This document shows positions 32,801 through 36,907 of a stretch of 64,000 nt of DNA, piece after piece. The notes beneath the pieces are model-generated. The model did not search any database. It worked only from the letters and a program-made list of their open reading frames with translations, and was not told the origin of the DNA. Made by a program: the position numbers and the translations under genes. The stretch is from a virus: positions 1 through 64,000 of IMG/VR virus record IMGVR_UViG_3300028549_001461. One strand, 5' to 3'. Every line of letters starts with the position of its first letter. Position 1 is the first letter of the stretch.

Positions 32801-34866
32801 AAGAAGCTATTAAACTTTTTACTAATAAAGAAGGGGTTGTTAATAAAGATACTAATACTACTACACCTGTAAATAAAGTTATACTATCTCGTGGCGCAGA
32901 TTTAGCAAATTTATCAAGTTCCAGGTCATACCCACTAAATACTGAAAGTCGTATGGTACCAAAAGTTTCTATGGTTAGTGAATCTTTTGAGAGTCTTTTA
33001 GATAATGTGTCTACAGAAGCAAAAGCTAAAAAAAGTAACTTGTCCGATATAAATAAATTTAAAAAAGACCAAGCAAAAGTACAAATGCTTCAAACAACAG
33101 ATGATGAAGGTAGTTTTATAAAGCAAAATATTTTAGATACTTTGAAAAACACAATTGAAAGTAACAGACAAAGTATTGATATACATAATAGTAATATGGA
33201 TGTACCCACAAATAAGTTAATAGCCAAACAGTTTAATGCTACACATATAGGTAAAGCATTCACATCTGCTGGTTATGGCTCAAACGGCGGTGGAGCTGGT
33301 CTATCTATTATGAATGGTACCGGTAAAGGCAATGCTTTAGTAAGTAGTGCTACTGTAGCTAAAAATTTACCAAATTCATTTTCACAATTAAAAGATAGAT
33401 TATCATATGTTAGTAAAGATACACCAAGTAGAGCTGAGTATCTTAAAGGCTTATCCGAAGAAGAAAGAAATTCTTTCATGTCTTCATTAGATGTGAATAA
33501 AGCTACTTTAAACGCAATTGAAGAATCTGGTGGCTTTGAATACGCTATTCGTAGCCAAGAAGGTAACTTTTTGATGGAGAAGGCCAGACAAAACTTTATG
33601 CGGCATACTGGCGAGTTTTATTTTTATGATATTGGAGATAAAGCTAAAGAAAAATTTAATAAAAATGAAAATAGATACTTAAGAACTTACACGAGAGAAC
33701 AAGAAGTCGATATCTTTGCAAAGCAGTTAAAAAATGCTCAAACTGATAAAGAGCTTAATAAGAATTACTATGGGAGTGTACCTGGACAACCACATTTAAG
33801 TGAAGAAACTATACTTTTATGGGAACGTTTTAAAAAAGAACATCAAATTAAAGGTGAAAAAAGAACTTTAAACACAAACAATAATAGTAATAGAGTTTTC
33901 CATAACGGTGGTATAGCTAATAATACTGGTACTTACTTTCTGGAGCAAGGTGAAAGAGTTTTGCCTAAAAACTTTAAAGATGGGGGACAAGCCCTTTCCG
34001 ATGTTTCTAGTGCATCTATGTCAAGGCAGTCATACTCAGTTGAATTAGAAGGTTTAGATACTTTTGAAGAATTAGTTGACACATTTGAAGAAAGTATTTC
34101 TAAGCTGTCCTCTATTAAAATAGAAGGTTTAGATAAATTAACTAATATTAAAATAGAAAATATAGATAAATTAACTGATATCAAGATTGAAGGTATAAGT
34201 GAACTACGAGATATTAGTATAAAAGATGTTGATAAATTAACAGACATACATATAGAAGGTGTAGATAAACTTACTAATATTAAAATAGAAGGTTTGTCAG
34301 AATTAAGAAATATAAAGATAGAAGATGTTGATAAACTAACTTCTATAAAAATAGAAGGTATAGATCAACTTCGAGATTTAAGAATAGAAGGTATTGAGCA
34401 AATTCGTGATATAAAAGTAGAGGGTTTATCAGAACTTAAAAATATAAAAATAGAGGGTTCAGAGAATCTTAGAGATATAAAAATAATTGGTATAGAAGAA
34501 CTTAAAGATGTGAGTATAAATAGTAACAATCAAAGTTCTGTTGGTGCAGACACTAAGGATATGTTAACATCTGCTTTAAAGGATTTTGATTCACGAGTTT
34601 TGAATTTAGAAGAATCTTCTAGTAAGCAAATTGATATAATAAAAACTACAGTTACTGACCTAGTTAATGACTTACCTACTATATCAATGGTTCAAAAATC
34701 CGATATAGATAATTTAAAGAAAGAAATTACAGATACTAACTCTGAGATATCCAATCTTGCTTCTAGTATAAAAAGTTTAAATCAGGAATTATCTATAAAG
34801 GTAAAAGAAATAAATGATAAACAGAACACAGCTATGACACATATATATTCTATAAAGAGAAATTAA
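11887..34866 (+). CDS. Giant tape measure protein fused to a two-barrel RNA polymerase (beta+beta'-like) and an HExxH metallopeptidase
   Basis: 7,659-aa ORF with TTG start and AGGAGG SD; TMP position in the tail operon; TP901-type TMP core; ordered RNAP motifs; HEVGH motif. Confidence 0.9.
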   Translation: MAGISEHLIKILVKSESGSGPVHESLDVSSISNAVESTISASIKSMEASIGDTLSKALTTATSANSKNPSDNSGFVRTLTKEIKGSIVEIVNKSASGELPTSSVDIRKEVTSAIESILTKKLEGYFKANNVDKTESASKKVIKSVSSSISSAELSGIAKVAQELSGILKQLSVITGLLTKNTTDSTKDSTSVTSTTVENIIGSKKLVKIQENQTKVVSNVGTADYKGASSELSKLNAKYAKLQKDLESNVELTVVVNTDQAEKDIAEFTKNQAAVIDVDVDTTGAQSKIDKVLTQDPLFLNIDLQNEDITSIFDKISNIQKKVKVLGSNGIKVGVDTTALQDLQNMLLQLVQDYDYVKSALGQQQKTLKTTLSTSHSKEAISALPPQEQPAAEKAAKFYGNKYKQIDAILSGLHKVADRKPEYFNDEQQSRPSSSLAINHFRHIGSVSNISEALQNKNVTPWVTANDTQKTRNSAVESIKNIQDTSGVVNNIIQQLNSNPETKALIVALEKNTNANIAGTRAQNTQAKTNASSSTTALRDYRYDIKYPAGIIKPGEKYMPADKPNNEYELKVYDNLDRLASSLDELQKFIYAKVKFGLSKQSKYESWKVVEDPEAKGPRSAFNVRGRDWAMDIVDAKKLSSLTGKEGSPKELLKSYTSILTNSMLEKKGVTVDSPSVKKEISAWLTNNIKAVGGVENLSDEVKSSLGKVLVDLNGIKKVTKTEVSKALKNTPKEDLESIYANTVGFSDIQKQLSVVRRTIAIPAAKLTNTGSTVLETKGGSQRSTLNVAAYKTGHERFFDTYLTKVTDRIKGLPEEQQEAARQNKAGELQLLSKAVRTIAFDTNEKQPISPKIDVSYEQASRKLLSKAASADVDAPTLAETADIYRKALVPISIERQRITRGTGYELDAPTEFSDLSTKMNTALNSSTSIDDFMDKMNALGISATKVLRSFDSLDFSNMYDTIAHATSSKIDDIVSNIATSTGALGEFEKIIGTLEGAMPIAGNNTPRRAMHQGDVVSTVSNFSKAFSGQHLPEALEDMEAEDSAFNTDSKRKKAFITNQNRRFSQLFYESQNLDLKEFAGIPEVEPRKRYLNVGLHKQLSSLGLPESTASDLVDDDNTKGVRGRSLPMYTGNLREIAPFSLEYQQTGRNISGISSAKGFDAGLFPKVHGLKSEMPRLRSESEDKVIQAGRFGTSGVGYNVLAELRHTAGTFEDQILVSGKLADAATTAVKKLIRPKAEAGKATPLKAHVLKDADIEDASTKIMSIMGVEEEYKRRPTKAFMSDVRNEVMTNRGSSVEVQTAKLAELFLNHFGRKLTTRYGSKGVSVTPTTPSTLGQILAENKGTSVKVLPGDEGKKAALGVALMPKSMGELSADILNQQPKKIKTKISKDLGISVDTLANDLKESGNKFILDIFTNAQRGLVTETEETKNALNFEKAKKAFKHLGITLEKDAVGIEAIKTAHTGDKTVAKAIDVRISSYGAAKRGLQTEPLEMITNNLAGSSEKETVIQNTVKDQKNKLISGKGAAFSKFSKLLGFSDSGKDEKEIRERIEAMFSEKDKEKKSVQETINAMIELESNSSFYVDVIDELDSSKKRKSLVGEKFLTIVEEATQTEEWSKGAIEALSKGLKLNIPAYSAFTTIFGQDSEFMTNLNDTFTDKQSEHYDNILTYLMQSNAEYQQKFLGSLQEIDIKKLNSINKDASKTFEEGVPGSLLGTIFDTDKLPGAYKTKLPSTVSKDAPGEDFYIPRSISRTTFADPTEAGAYGIKTNAGKLQEVIEKARSLEAFYSKDPSLLLDSDVQGMSQTFGSRTSKDLREFVNTTGVETKSHKVDQDMLDTVKKDLLGILEDLAADGQISKDPHSLDKFTKTFYNRGENSSGKLTGNNSSQMDLLKHLQTPEGFGSPTALAAMKNLLVGTGKPGPDQSVLGRSTDKATKLKIMERTSAALNGGNTDKIFNYGGFENATSEEQYDFQVSKRQQDLEDAKANYNQSLKRTMVGKQGSVARTYFTRNLPAVLAKAVNATVDKTEELTAFSEALSAIEGVDLSSELGKISTLTSEHASNVEKYRNQGMPVLKQHEIGMSEKMAEKLKVNFTKKYDEESGMPLGKLQKETNGSLKDLLSYGDTLKETANKYTDPKLKEEIFNYVDTELAPYVESVRFPFTGTSSVKPYKAKLTSTEGNIGDEAFIVPGAPEMDMGAFEEVYNSIQDKIKKLTGEREEARSTGADDTADALTITIDKLNDALSAVLPKYVAHAQKLDYDGDQLEIHTAKTSGARGEIYKHFKMLTEDNKTTSGKFSDYYAYDAKQPSQGDLPLSFMAKAFTKKFDSSKGYSFMDKPFTTEDLSYLSTKEKIGILASKEQELNDVSSRDAVENVMRSLFEKVGETFTGLPAGVVDLDKAAEEAASALEGLSLKSAKTGALAKGYLKEELHGSKEDTAVNAQLFKINTGSDVESMTRLMRAYEQRRGFGSSGGDLGLYERTKSGKLNNDFVVRERNTQLNEFFRFAVQKGMDVKHAGEQPIAGELVTGVTTGKVGLDSLLHKLEKKESYKDLKKFSDINEESLRSTFGRFSTTDLKKQVKQLNPAHYNAGNVDKMPREELINSLVGHLGFKGFLKELQLTIEEQAAQGLMTLSPKIRNIDQGKHILAKGYAKGESIDMSRLVTNPHDPLYKYRTASAKVGENFDEKFQGALASTKTPSSKKGAYAELTGTFDTLNKDGIDASSFIAIKKLLESNELKSSNTSLKPIKGLLGNMENRLGLAPISDRGRVALLQSPKHIESLLDIPEEASDKDRAKIEKSNRRLDEIAIAKARLDRIAEVANYNKNVLTTPVDISIGDDSNKELVEKAGLGSAKESASDTEKLFEVPPPIQAPTAQQNFTEPSEQVFEPPTNITRTKVNAQTTENDFESLMGPEPPMPGSTSGGGVQPPEPPMPGIPSTSAAPSGSAPISVFLEGMNSSLVFPVKLLGQLLSSAAISNSTGTFAKDDSSFVGDVVSDVNKFKDTEEQRKQAYVKSANILEPVQGYGPSTELKNVELLREASKSLYEARGMDFEKEAEKLSGEAQGFIKEAKVSGNVNVMEFLEYTKNAGIEFKNDPNQGMSGDKVATAWRLYKDSVIEFLINKAKSAEADYESMKGVGGNSEALARSKFAASVKAVQAKISGDAGKRSDIYTSNKVWAYPDIAKAAGVYESPLDIQRKTSRDLGDIEDPDSDLLTNTFNNITKDLSGKNRDTMVAPADKARTALKDLTEMDSTTIDLMKNGKLLERLGPEIAEAWNFEKAAERLTRLRSALELFKQFNVSDSPLSVEKKNLEETIKFLKDAENKLVKVDMSRKKQPGGTGVWGDTGVVQVPKWVDPSMQSDLHKRNIAKVREYYGKSEESGGAKVGERYAYDAKIFDDSGKAISNQRTLFHKFGESVDSAGNKIGLFKASQEDLSASLAGVNRGFMGAIERAIKWGAAATIIYGGAAQIKEAVQTLAEIEVEMAKLRMVMPKQGTDFEGLQNSAVGIAKKYGTPTVGVLESMTLYAQQGLDSSAVLDRTDTSMMAVNVTTLKAKEATEALTAAMKVFKTEGESSMRFLDSWSEVEALHAITANDMAEAIKKSAAAASAAGITFDQLNGIVAAIGSVTRQSGKEVGTSLRFIMRRLSAEKGPEALAKINIPTVTGEGELRSGYDVLGALAEKWKDLSSAQKMSIAQAIGGTRQYNSLLVLMENWQEAIDGVHHSLNSQGSASRRNAEMMQTYSKQVEQTKAAFLELQLSIGKVAFPAAKMGLQGLKAMAETINAIPSSFKAAGVAAVALFTYLSQGAKILDAISNFFSGGTPIIGGLITSIKDELKTASFELIGAGQTDESTRGLNTLTSGQVKDHNQGKSLRDFESSLGKAAYLLVSAGKGFNDAVGGTLKGTGKAGQSVGQGMVRAGSWFSSIVSSLGGGKYGKGEDVTYKDLAGGVASKYTKSEGIKGAFALGGLKGLGKIASSFVGVATEVGGLGSAAAGIFVDEFSKKLGAGGDIFKSWAKDNAGLIKSVAPMLLTLGLLTPAIKALGTEFLNTTRSSQDFEDSMYELRIADENVLKQTRDTSKSYKDLQSKLMDVQKSSDPEVSANQKHLGSYEHPLTALAGVQSNALKLNESIANSNINMIAGYDELGNAILRTSDNYQVLLSTFEKATVRDLASRDIAVAAKHIEALTKTDGPENWKKELKDLTKEIPVVGGMISDQIKLSPAKSLELTTGKLNNLLAKKNASPMSTVYDDDIKDLQGKLAKVKISFNQTYSDFKRNLTNIPTTGLAKEEVASLLGSKELQAGYQLMVDIEPKYNVKGTKGKVKWEDVLGAEVLKRIFPDSNLIDATKELSTANIESAGIAKRQNKVLSGDLVTFGDEAADKFNMSGNQAIVKLKETSDGIFEWVATYFNSKTLKIEERTFDSGMQDLVESILPTKAIQQDLSERIEALGSFVTGASAGLIGIAKKGFKADFNLGERFFSDITTSTVIQGDKGFDPMSGFGESKFQKGWSDDFKKYYSEPMTEYKNSVEEIQKLSLEGLDKSGVEMSTELYESIVKLQQVLMNNQVVLQYRAVFADLTKTMDANSRAIKENIAVEKTRSSLSKETSGLLKGKDVSLANMDLGKYDKNALTAQERLLISKPEFSKKAGRLKELEITKSGLSEQIYAADKSKVALDSIKNLSSGFGTSLSKEDLSKYTETVAKTGDLGVAELKIDTSKTAENTAMTVDKLEEILDNLHDTKAIQEMEHKSLDQIASIRNDAEKSGDSETVTKANKALDDLSRQLVDKLGLKGAAKEVDKGLFGAGAFNSKELVQRAFGGMDFKTLSSEMRTGMEGKDLEKFDKSTEDILKLQDENKAKAKESTLFNSKNIAGASTAFGVYQAFNSNFSNKKIEAYEKQIADLKARENEVGFIDYDPQMAALTSAKAEEEKKARMYGTMRFAAGGASGSMLLARNLGMSEDNIKRMGAGGAALGVYGAAKLNQGMTGDDLPPIVKEFGKEVTIFAGAMKDEGIFSALKKGKAADRFRTSSEEFMRQFTEETLDLKVTPRTTDADRQSEYDSSYNAFSQKAADVKFDAEWKAKEFKRSVENPNANLRENTKDSVNQTVDDLKAKLASLKDNIKTSGQDAIRTAAEKMARGEEVNLKDEASQVYRGAKIKTKEAYEDLKTRASSAADFTSKTTSYAGEASLGAFDALKEAVNKNTEAVNGNTNATDGTTGHALGGYIQKFADGGTVKQIMPGPGDRQPALLTAGEEVLTEEQSKELAMAANYASGGYIADKFKTFAGDTLEKARYQAALLKGAVSDPSGYMKATGFGSGTLDSFKTFAGDTLEKARYQAALLKGAVSDPSGYMKATGFGSGTLDKIGEFKTFAGDTLEKARYQAALLKGAVSDPSGYMKATGFGSGTLDSFKTFAGDTLEKARYQAALLKGAVSDPSGYMKATGFGSGTLDKIGEFKTFAGDTLKAGKETIGKYAAKAASRIGLKKIPGLGTVAATGFATERAASGDYIGAGLELASGAVSNIPVIGTAASFLIDGVLMGKDALTSKIPNKERIAELQSTLGQKLKNTSKLKYSMLAAGAYGLSSLFGDEDTEEDQASYADGGYTTGMIRGAGTGTSDSIRMEDVPSGSFIIPAKYANKAKDKVEYLKLANGGKGSSDIRVSNGEFFIDPEDAENIGAENLRKMQLGQEPKFSAGGVVNRFESGGPVQDETNSTSPNDISIDQDSINRFAQASAASAAFTFSRYASEKTADKTRKSDLENMAEGENEAIYKTIMSNEEEAQRVLGTLQTPKSVDSAVASTEESSRVLDTTKEYKKTQEDVSKLQEDLTKEYEKQNEEVEKLKEELHKLEIAEKFSMQLEAMSKAVSDNSFAEEFKRSLKIGTGPFEGFTGPRTDLNLETRNALDLTGVELLQLVSKRKEDQHSYFNIEDSIKNFGLRMVNFLNPEDTYNNKYRGQNVLAKFSDLEDEKIALNTNINASLQNRSQATTPEEVDNWNDHLKDLGKQLEDVTRKQDGYAVALREQVRAVEKANNVLIDYREAAVAVSNIRNTAEYSLNNQGFGGKLKGAVSDLPLTPLNIEELNPQQYSFMKAGSGMKDLMTQQKVNTTLYDQEFQKYNQLSAERERLKVQAMATSDRGIVFKDNQVQNNDGALKNLEERLSESKLKLDSIGASVYQASVRISNFFAATEAAKQFDVAMLNLKSSFISASMGTLELSSAVNKMYGGSHIDATQNIDVEERQSAALVGIKLESGKSTQANRETAKHLNDFYNSNDATSSDKAIKNFWNMKQRRVDYAEHEKLTNITDSNKEYINNSQAYVKNISLAAARADDRIRANAYSDMDYEGNSKSRNNDIIASGSLKENGTALTDFLKQLATKARETNQPISESDKGIVQGMIDKTTASLGGVSAELYNKAIELNPVVDSIDKQTERLISSLVTPASLQEALAFLKVEKSPTVIDKVSNMASSALNFRAFEDRNPVVSIYDKEAARKAKADELKYMPNNFATGGQIGTLISGPGTETSDSIPMAVPAGSFIIKAKHAQNAKNYINNFANGGQVPINVSNGELLLTPEEVANIGGVKKAEELNKGIFDKLREVVLSKKTEALFLGAETSKNIADREGALKDAISFASGGAVDSMNASWTEEDYNKHGFADEKDYNQQMMGLEKPMLDPIDLIGGFGALPLLKAATSRLGTKLFSSSVAPLSNEMGSIALPTMSKTASTGSYLKEAEKIMGINLNVSKYTKEITGNKELLQEVLSKGQAIYGEGSSLNQIVSRSGPIGIKNLVESISKNRGFADGGLVDKRNKLLANIAASNDDTSKHVFESMSEILDKNPEVLDYLSEVNISSSASVKKPSGTAGFAGNYPGSPKTDLWYNKDIISDVLSGTNKFKYPKDMGGSPKEIINSILSHEVGHAALNVMKVNQPELAKKWIAELSKVPANSLTDYSKKYRDNSLKTIPGRDEHETFAELFRLHNATNSKVALADMDPKEAIKLFTNKEGVVNKDTNTTTPVNKVILSRGADLANLSSSRSYPLNTESRMVPKVSMVSESFESLLDNVSTEAKAKKSNLSDINKFKKDQAKVQMLQTTDDEGSFIKQNILDTLKNTIESNRQSIDIHNSNMDVPTNKLIAKQFNATHIGKAFTSAGYGSNGGGAGLSIMNGTGKGNALVSSATVAKNLPNSFSQLKDRLSYVSKDTPSRAEYLKGLSEEERNSFMSSLDVNKATLNAIEESGGFEYAIRSQEGNFLMEKARQNFMRHTGEFYFYDIGDKAKEKFNKNENRYLRTYTREQEVDIFAKQLKNAQTDKELNKNYYGSVPGQPHLSEETILLWERFKKEHQIKGEKRTLNTNNNSNRVFHNGGIANNTGTYFLEQGERVLPKNFKDGGQALSDVSSASMSRQSYSVELEGLDTFEELVDTFEESISKLSSIKIEGLDKLTNIKIENIDKLTDIKIEGISELRDISIKDVDKLTDIHIEGVDKLTNIKIEGLSELRNIKIEDVDKLTSIKIEGIDQLRDLRIEGIEQIRDIKVEGLSELKNIKIEGSENLRDIKIIGIEELKDVSINSNNQSSVGADTKDMLTSALKDFDSRVLNLEESSSKQIDIIKTTVTDLVNDLPTISMVQKSDIDNLKKEITDTNSEISNLASSIKSLNQELSIKVKEINDKQNTAMTHIYSIKRN
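14900..16830 (+). other. RNAP beta-like region within the TMP
   Basis: IAPFSLEYQQTGRN (15295-15336), GYNVLAELRHTAGTFEDQILVS (15478-15543), GRKLTTRYGSKGV (15823-15861) and IDVRISSYGAAKR (16303-16341), in the order found in cellular beta. Confidence 0.85.
17100..19430 (+). other. RNAP beta'-like region within the TMP, including the catalytic DxDGD
   Basis: SLKRTMVGKQG (17854-17886), PVLKQHEIGMSEKMAEKL (18097-18150), VRFP (R at 18355), KLDYDGDQLEIH (first D at 18655), QKGMDVKH (19402-19425). Confidence 0.9.
22200..23400 (+). other. TP901-family tape measure core domain
   Basis: AIERAIKWGAAATIIYG...LQNSAVGIAKKYG...ATEALTAAMK...RQSGKEVGTSLR...LSSAQKMSIAQAIGG followed by hydrophobic helices. Confidence 0.85.
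27694..28242 (+). repeat. In-frame tandem repeat: units of 126/135/126/135 bp plus a 27-bp partial
   Basis: Units start at 27694, 27820, 27955, 28081 and 28216; near-identical DNA encoding FKTFAGDTLEKARYQAALLKGAVSDPSGYMKATGFGSGTLD(S/KIGE). Confidence 0.95.
32300..32800 (+). other. Zincin-like metallopeptidase domain within the TMP
   Basis: ILSHEVGHAAL (H at 32563), then LTDYS and HETFAELF (E at 32728). Confidence 0.7.
34114..34509 (+). repeat. Twelve degenerate 33-bp (11-aa) repeats near the TMP C-terminus
   Basis: Consensus IKIEG(L/I/V)(D/S)(K/E)L(T/R)(N/D), counted in the translation. Confidence 0.9.
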
Positions 34867-34867
34867 T

Positions 34868-36907
34868 ATGGCTGATACAGAAGAACAAGAGGTAGGTGAT
34901 TTTTGGCCAGGCTTTCAAGTACTTTTTGAGATGCCTGCCACATCAAGTTTGGAGGGTGTGGCTAAAAATATCCTTGAATCCTTCCATATACCTTTTAATG
35001 GTAGTGTGGAGGGTGGATCATTGGCTAATGTTGACATAAAGAGAGCAGATGCTTTAGCTACTTTAAAGGCTTCTCTACTTGAAACTTTTGCAGAAGGTGA
35101 GGGATCTAAGTTAAAAGAGATAAGGATAAATCCAGAAGGAGAGGCTGAAATATATGATGTTGGTACAAATTCCTCTGATATACATCCTTACTACACTATA
35201 GAAGCTAGTACTTATATAAAACCTAAGGTTTCTGTTACAGTTACTGGTGCTAAACCGCAACAACAGCGCATTATATACCCTTGGTATGAACTGATTGGTT
35301 CAAAAGCTAAAGCAGAGAATAGGTGTACTTTGTTTGACACTTCTTACTTTAATTCAAGCTGTTTAAGTAATTTAGTTACACATGCCACAATAACTTATCA
35401 AGACCCATTTAGAAACACACCTAATAGTAATTGGAACAATGGTATAAAAGAAACATTTGAGCTCAATAGTCCATTTGAAAGATTTATAGGATTTTCTTGG
35501 AGAGTAACACCGCCCCAAGCCTTAGTAACACCTTATACAAAGATATATCAACAAAGCCAAGCTTCTGTTCCTGTGGCTTTAACAGGTGTTGACTGTAAAA
35601 TAGGAATGGATGGCCCCCATCCAAACATTGGTAAATTAGTTAGACGTAAGGTTATGTTGCCAGGGGTTGGTGTAGATATACAAAATTGTACTATTTTTGA
35701 TGGTGAATATAGAGAGTGTTCAGAAGACTCTGTAAAATTAAATATACCAATACTTGAAGGTCTAACTTATGACACTGTAAGAAAAACGACTGTTAGTAAG
35801 TTCTTGGGGGTATCAGGTGTTTTTGTTATAGGTATACCAATAAGAAATTGTTTTGGAGTACCAGCAGATGAAAAAGCAGCGCGTTTAGAGAACACAGCTT
35901 CAAATACTGTATTGTCAGTTTTTACATCTAATGTTTTTAGGACTATTATAAAACTTAACGAAGGTATACACTATGCCACATTATACCCTTCAACTGAGGA
36001 TGACCCTAACTTTGAAAATTTACCTTGTTTTCAATTTGTTAATAATTTAAGATACTATGATTATGCTAATGTTGGTACAGCGGTAAATTTTTATGTAAAC
36101 CCTTTAAGTGCTGAGTTAGATAAGTTATATGGTGAAGCAGAAGTAGCCATAGGTACCATTCTTCCTCTAGAAAATTTAAACGGTATTTTAGTTGAACAAG
36201 TGATAGCACAAGCTAATTTAGATACACCTTGTTTTGTTGTAACAGACCCTACGAAGAGTGTAAAAGAGATAGCCGAAAATCTTAAAGTAGAACTTTTAGC
36301 AATGGCTATAAGGGATCTGCCCTCTCCTATTTCAATAAATGGTAAATTAATAAATCAAGAAGACGGTATAGTAGATAATGACCCAACAACACAAGCACAA
36401 GAGTTACAAGAGACAGAAATGGAAAAAGCTTTGAATGAAATGGGATCAGGAAGAGCTATAAGTATAACTATGGCTTCTTTAAATGAAGACCATACTGTAC
36501 TTCTTTCACAAAAACTTTACGATATATTATCAGACGATAACGGAGCTATTTTTACACATACCTGTCCACCATCGGATAACCCTAAGGTTGGTGATAAAGG
36601 TAAAAACGGTGGTATTATAAATGTAATTGAATACTCTTACACTGACCAGGGTTCTTATCTTATAAATATTACAGAAGGTCCAGAATCTTTCGGTGATTTT
36701 TCAGGAATAGATGGTGGTATCTATCAAAAACAGACTGAGGAACTAACTACAAAAGGTACAATAATAGAAGATCTTGGAAATCACGTTCAATATAGAGTAC
36801 ATGTAGATGGTTACGGAGATATTTGGGCTATAAATGGTTGTGCAAGTGTATTAGGTCTAAGGGATCGTGTTTCTATAACTATTCATAATAACGCAGTGGA
36901 GAAATAA
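34868..36907 (+). CDS. Putative tail tip/hub-related protein
   Basis: 679 aa directly after the TMP; beta-rich; the last ~60 aa resemble an OB-fold. Confidence 0.45.
   Translation: MADTEEQEVGDFWPGFQVLFEMPATSSLEGVAKNILESFHIPFNGSVEGGSLANVDIKRADALATLKASLLETFAEGEGSKLKEIRINPEGEAEIYDVGTNSSDIHPYYTIEASTYIKPKVSVTVTGAKPQQQRIIYPWYELIGSKAKAENRCTLFDTSYFNSSCLSNLVTHATITYQDPFRNTPNSNWNNGIKETFELNSPFERFIGFSWRVTPPQALVTPYTKIYQQSQASVPVALTGVDCKIGMDGPHPNIGKLVRRKVMLPGVGVDIQNCTIFDGEYRECSEDSVKLNIPILEGLTYDTVRKTTVSKFLGVSGVFVIGIPIRNCFGVPADEKAARLENTASNTVLSVFTSNVFRTIIKLNEGIHYATLYPSTEDDPNFENLPCFQFVNNLRYYDYANVGTAVNFYVNPLSAELDKLYGEAEVAIGTILPLENLNGILVEQVIAQANLDTPCFVVTDPTKSVKEIAENLKVELLAMAIRDLPSPISINGKLINQEDGIVDNDPTTQAQELQETEMEKALNEMGSGRAISITMASLNEDHTVLLSQKLYDILSDDNGAIFTHTCPPSDNPKVGDKGKNGGIINVIEYSYTDQGSYLINITEGPESFGDFSGIDGGIYQKQTEELTTKGTIIEDLGNHVQYRVHVDGYGDIWAINGCASVLGLRDRVSITIHNNAVEK

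Noticed and set aside
13851-34247. Many minus-strand ORFs of 60-180 aa inside the TMP, and similar ones elsewhere
   Set aside because: Antisense shadows of long + strand genes, with S/L/F-rich composition and no recognisable motifs
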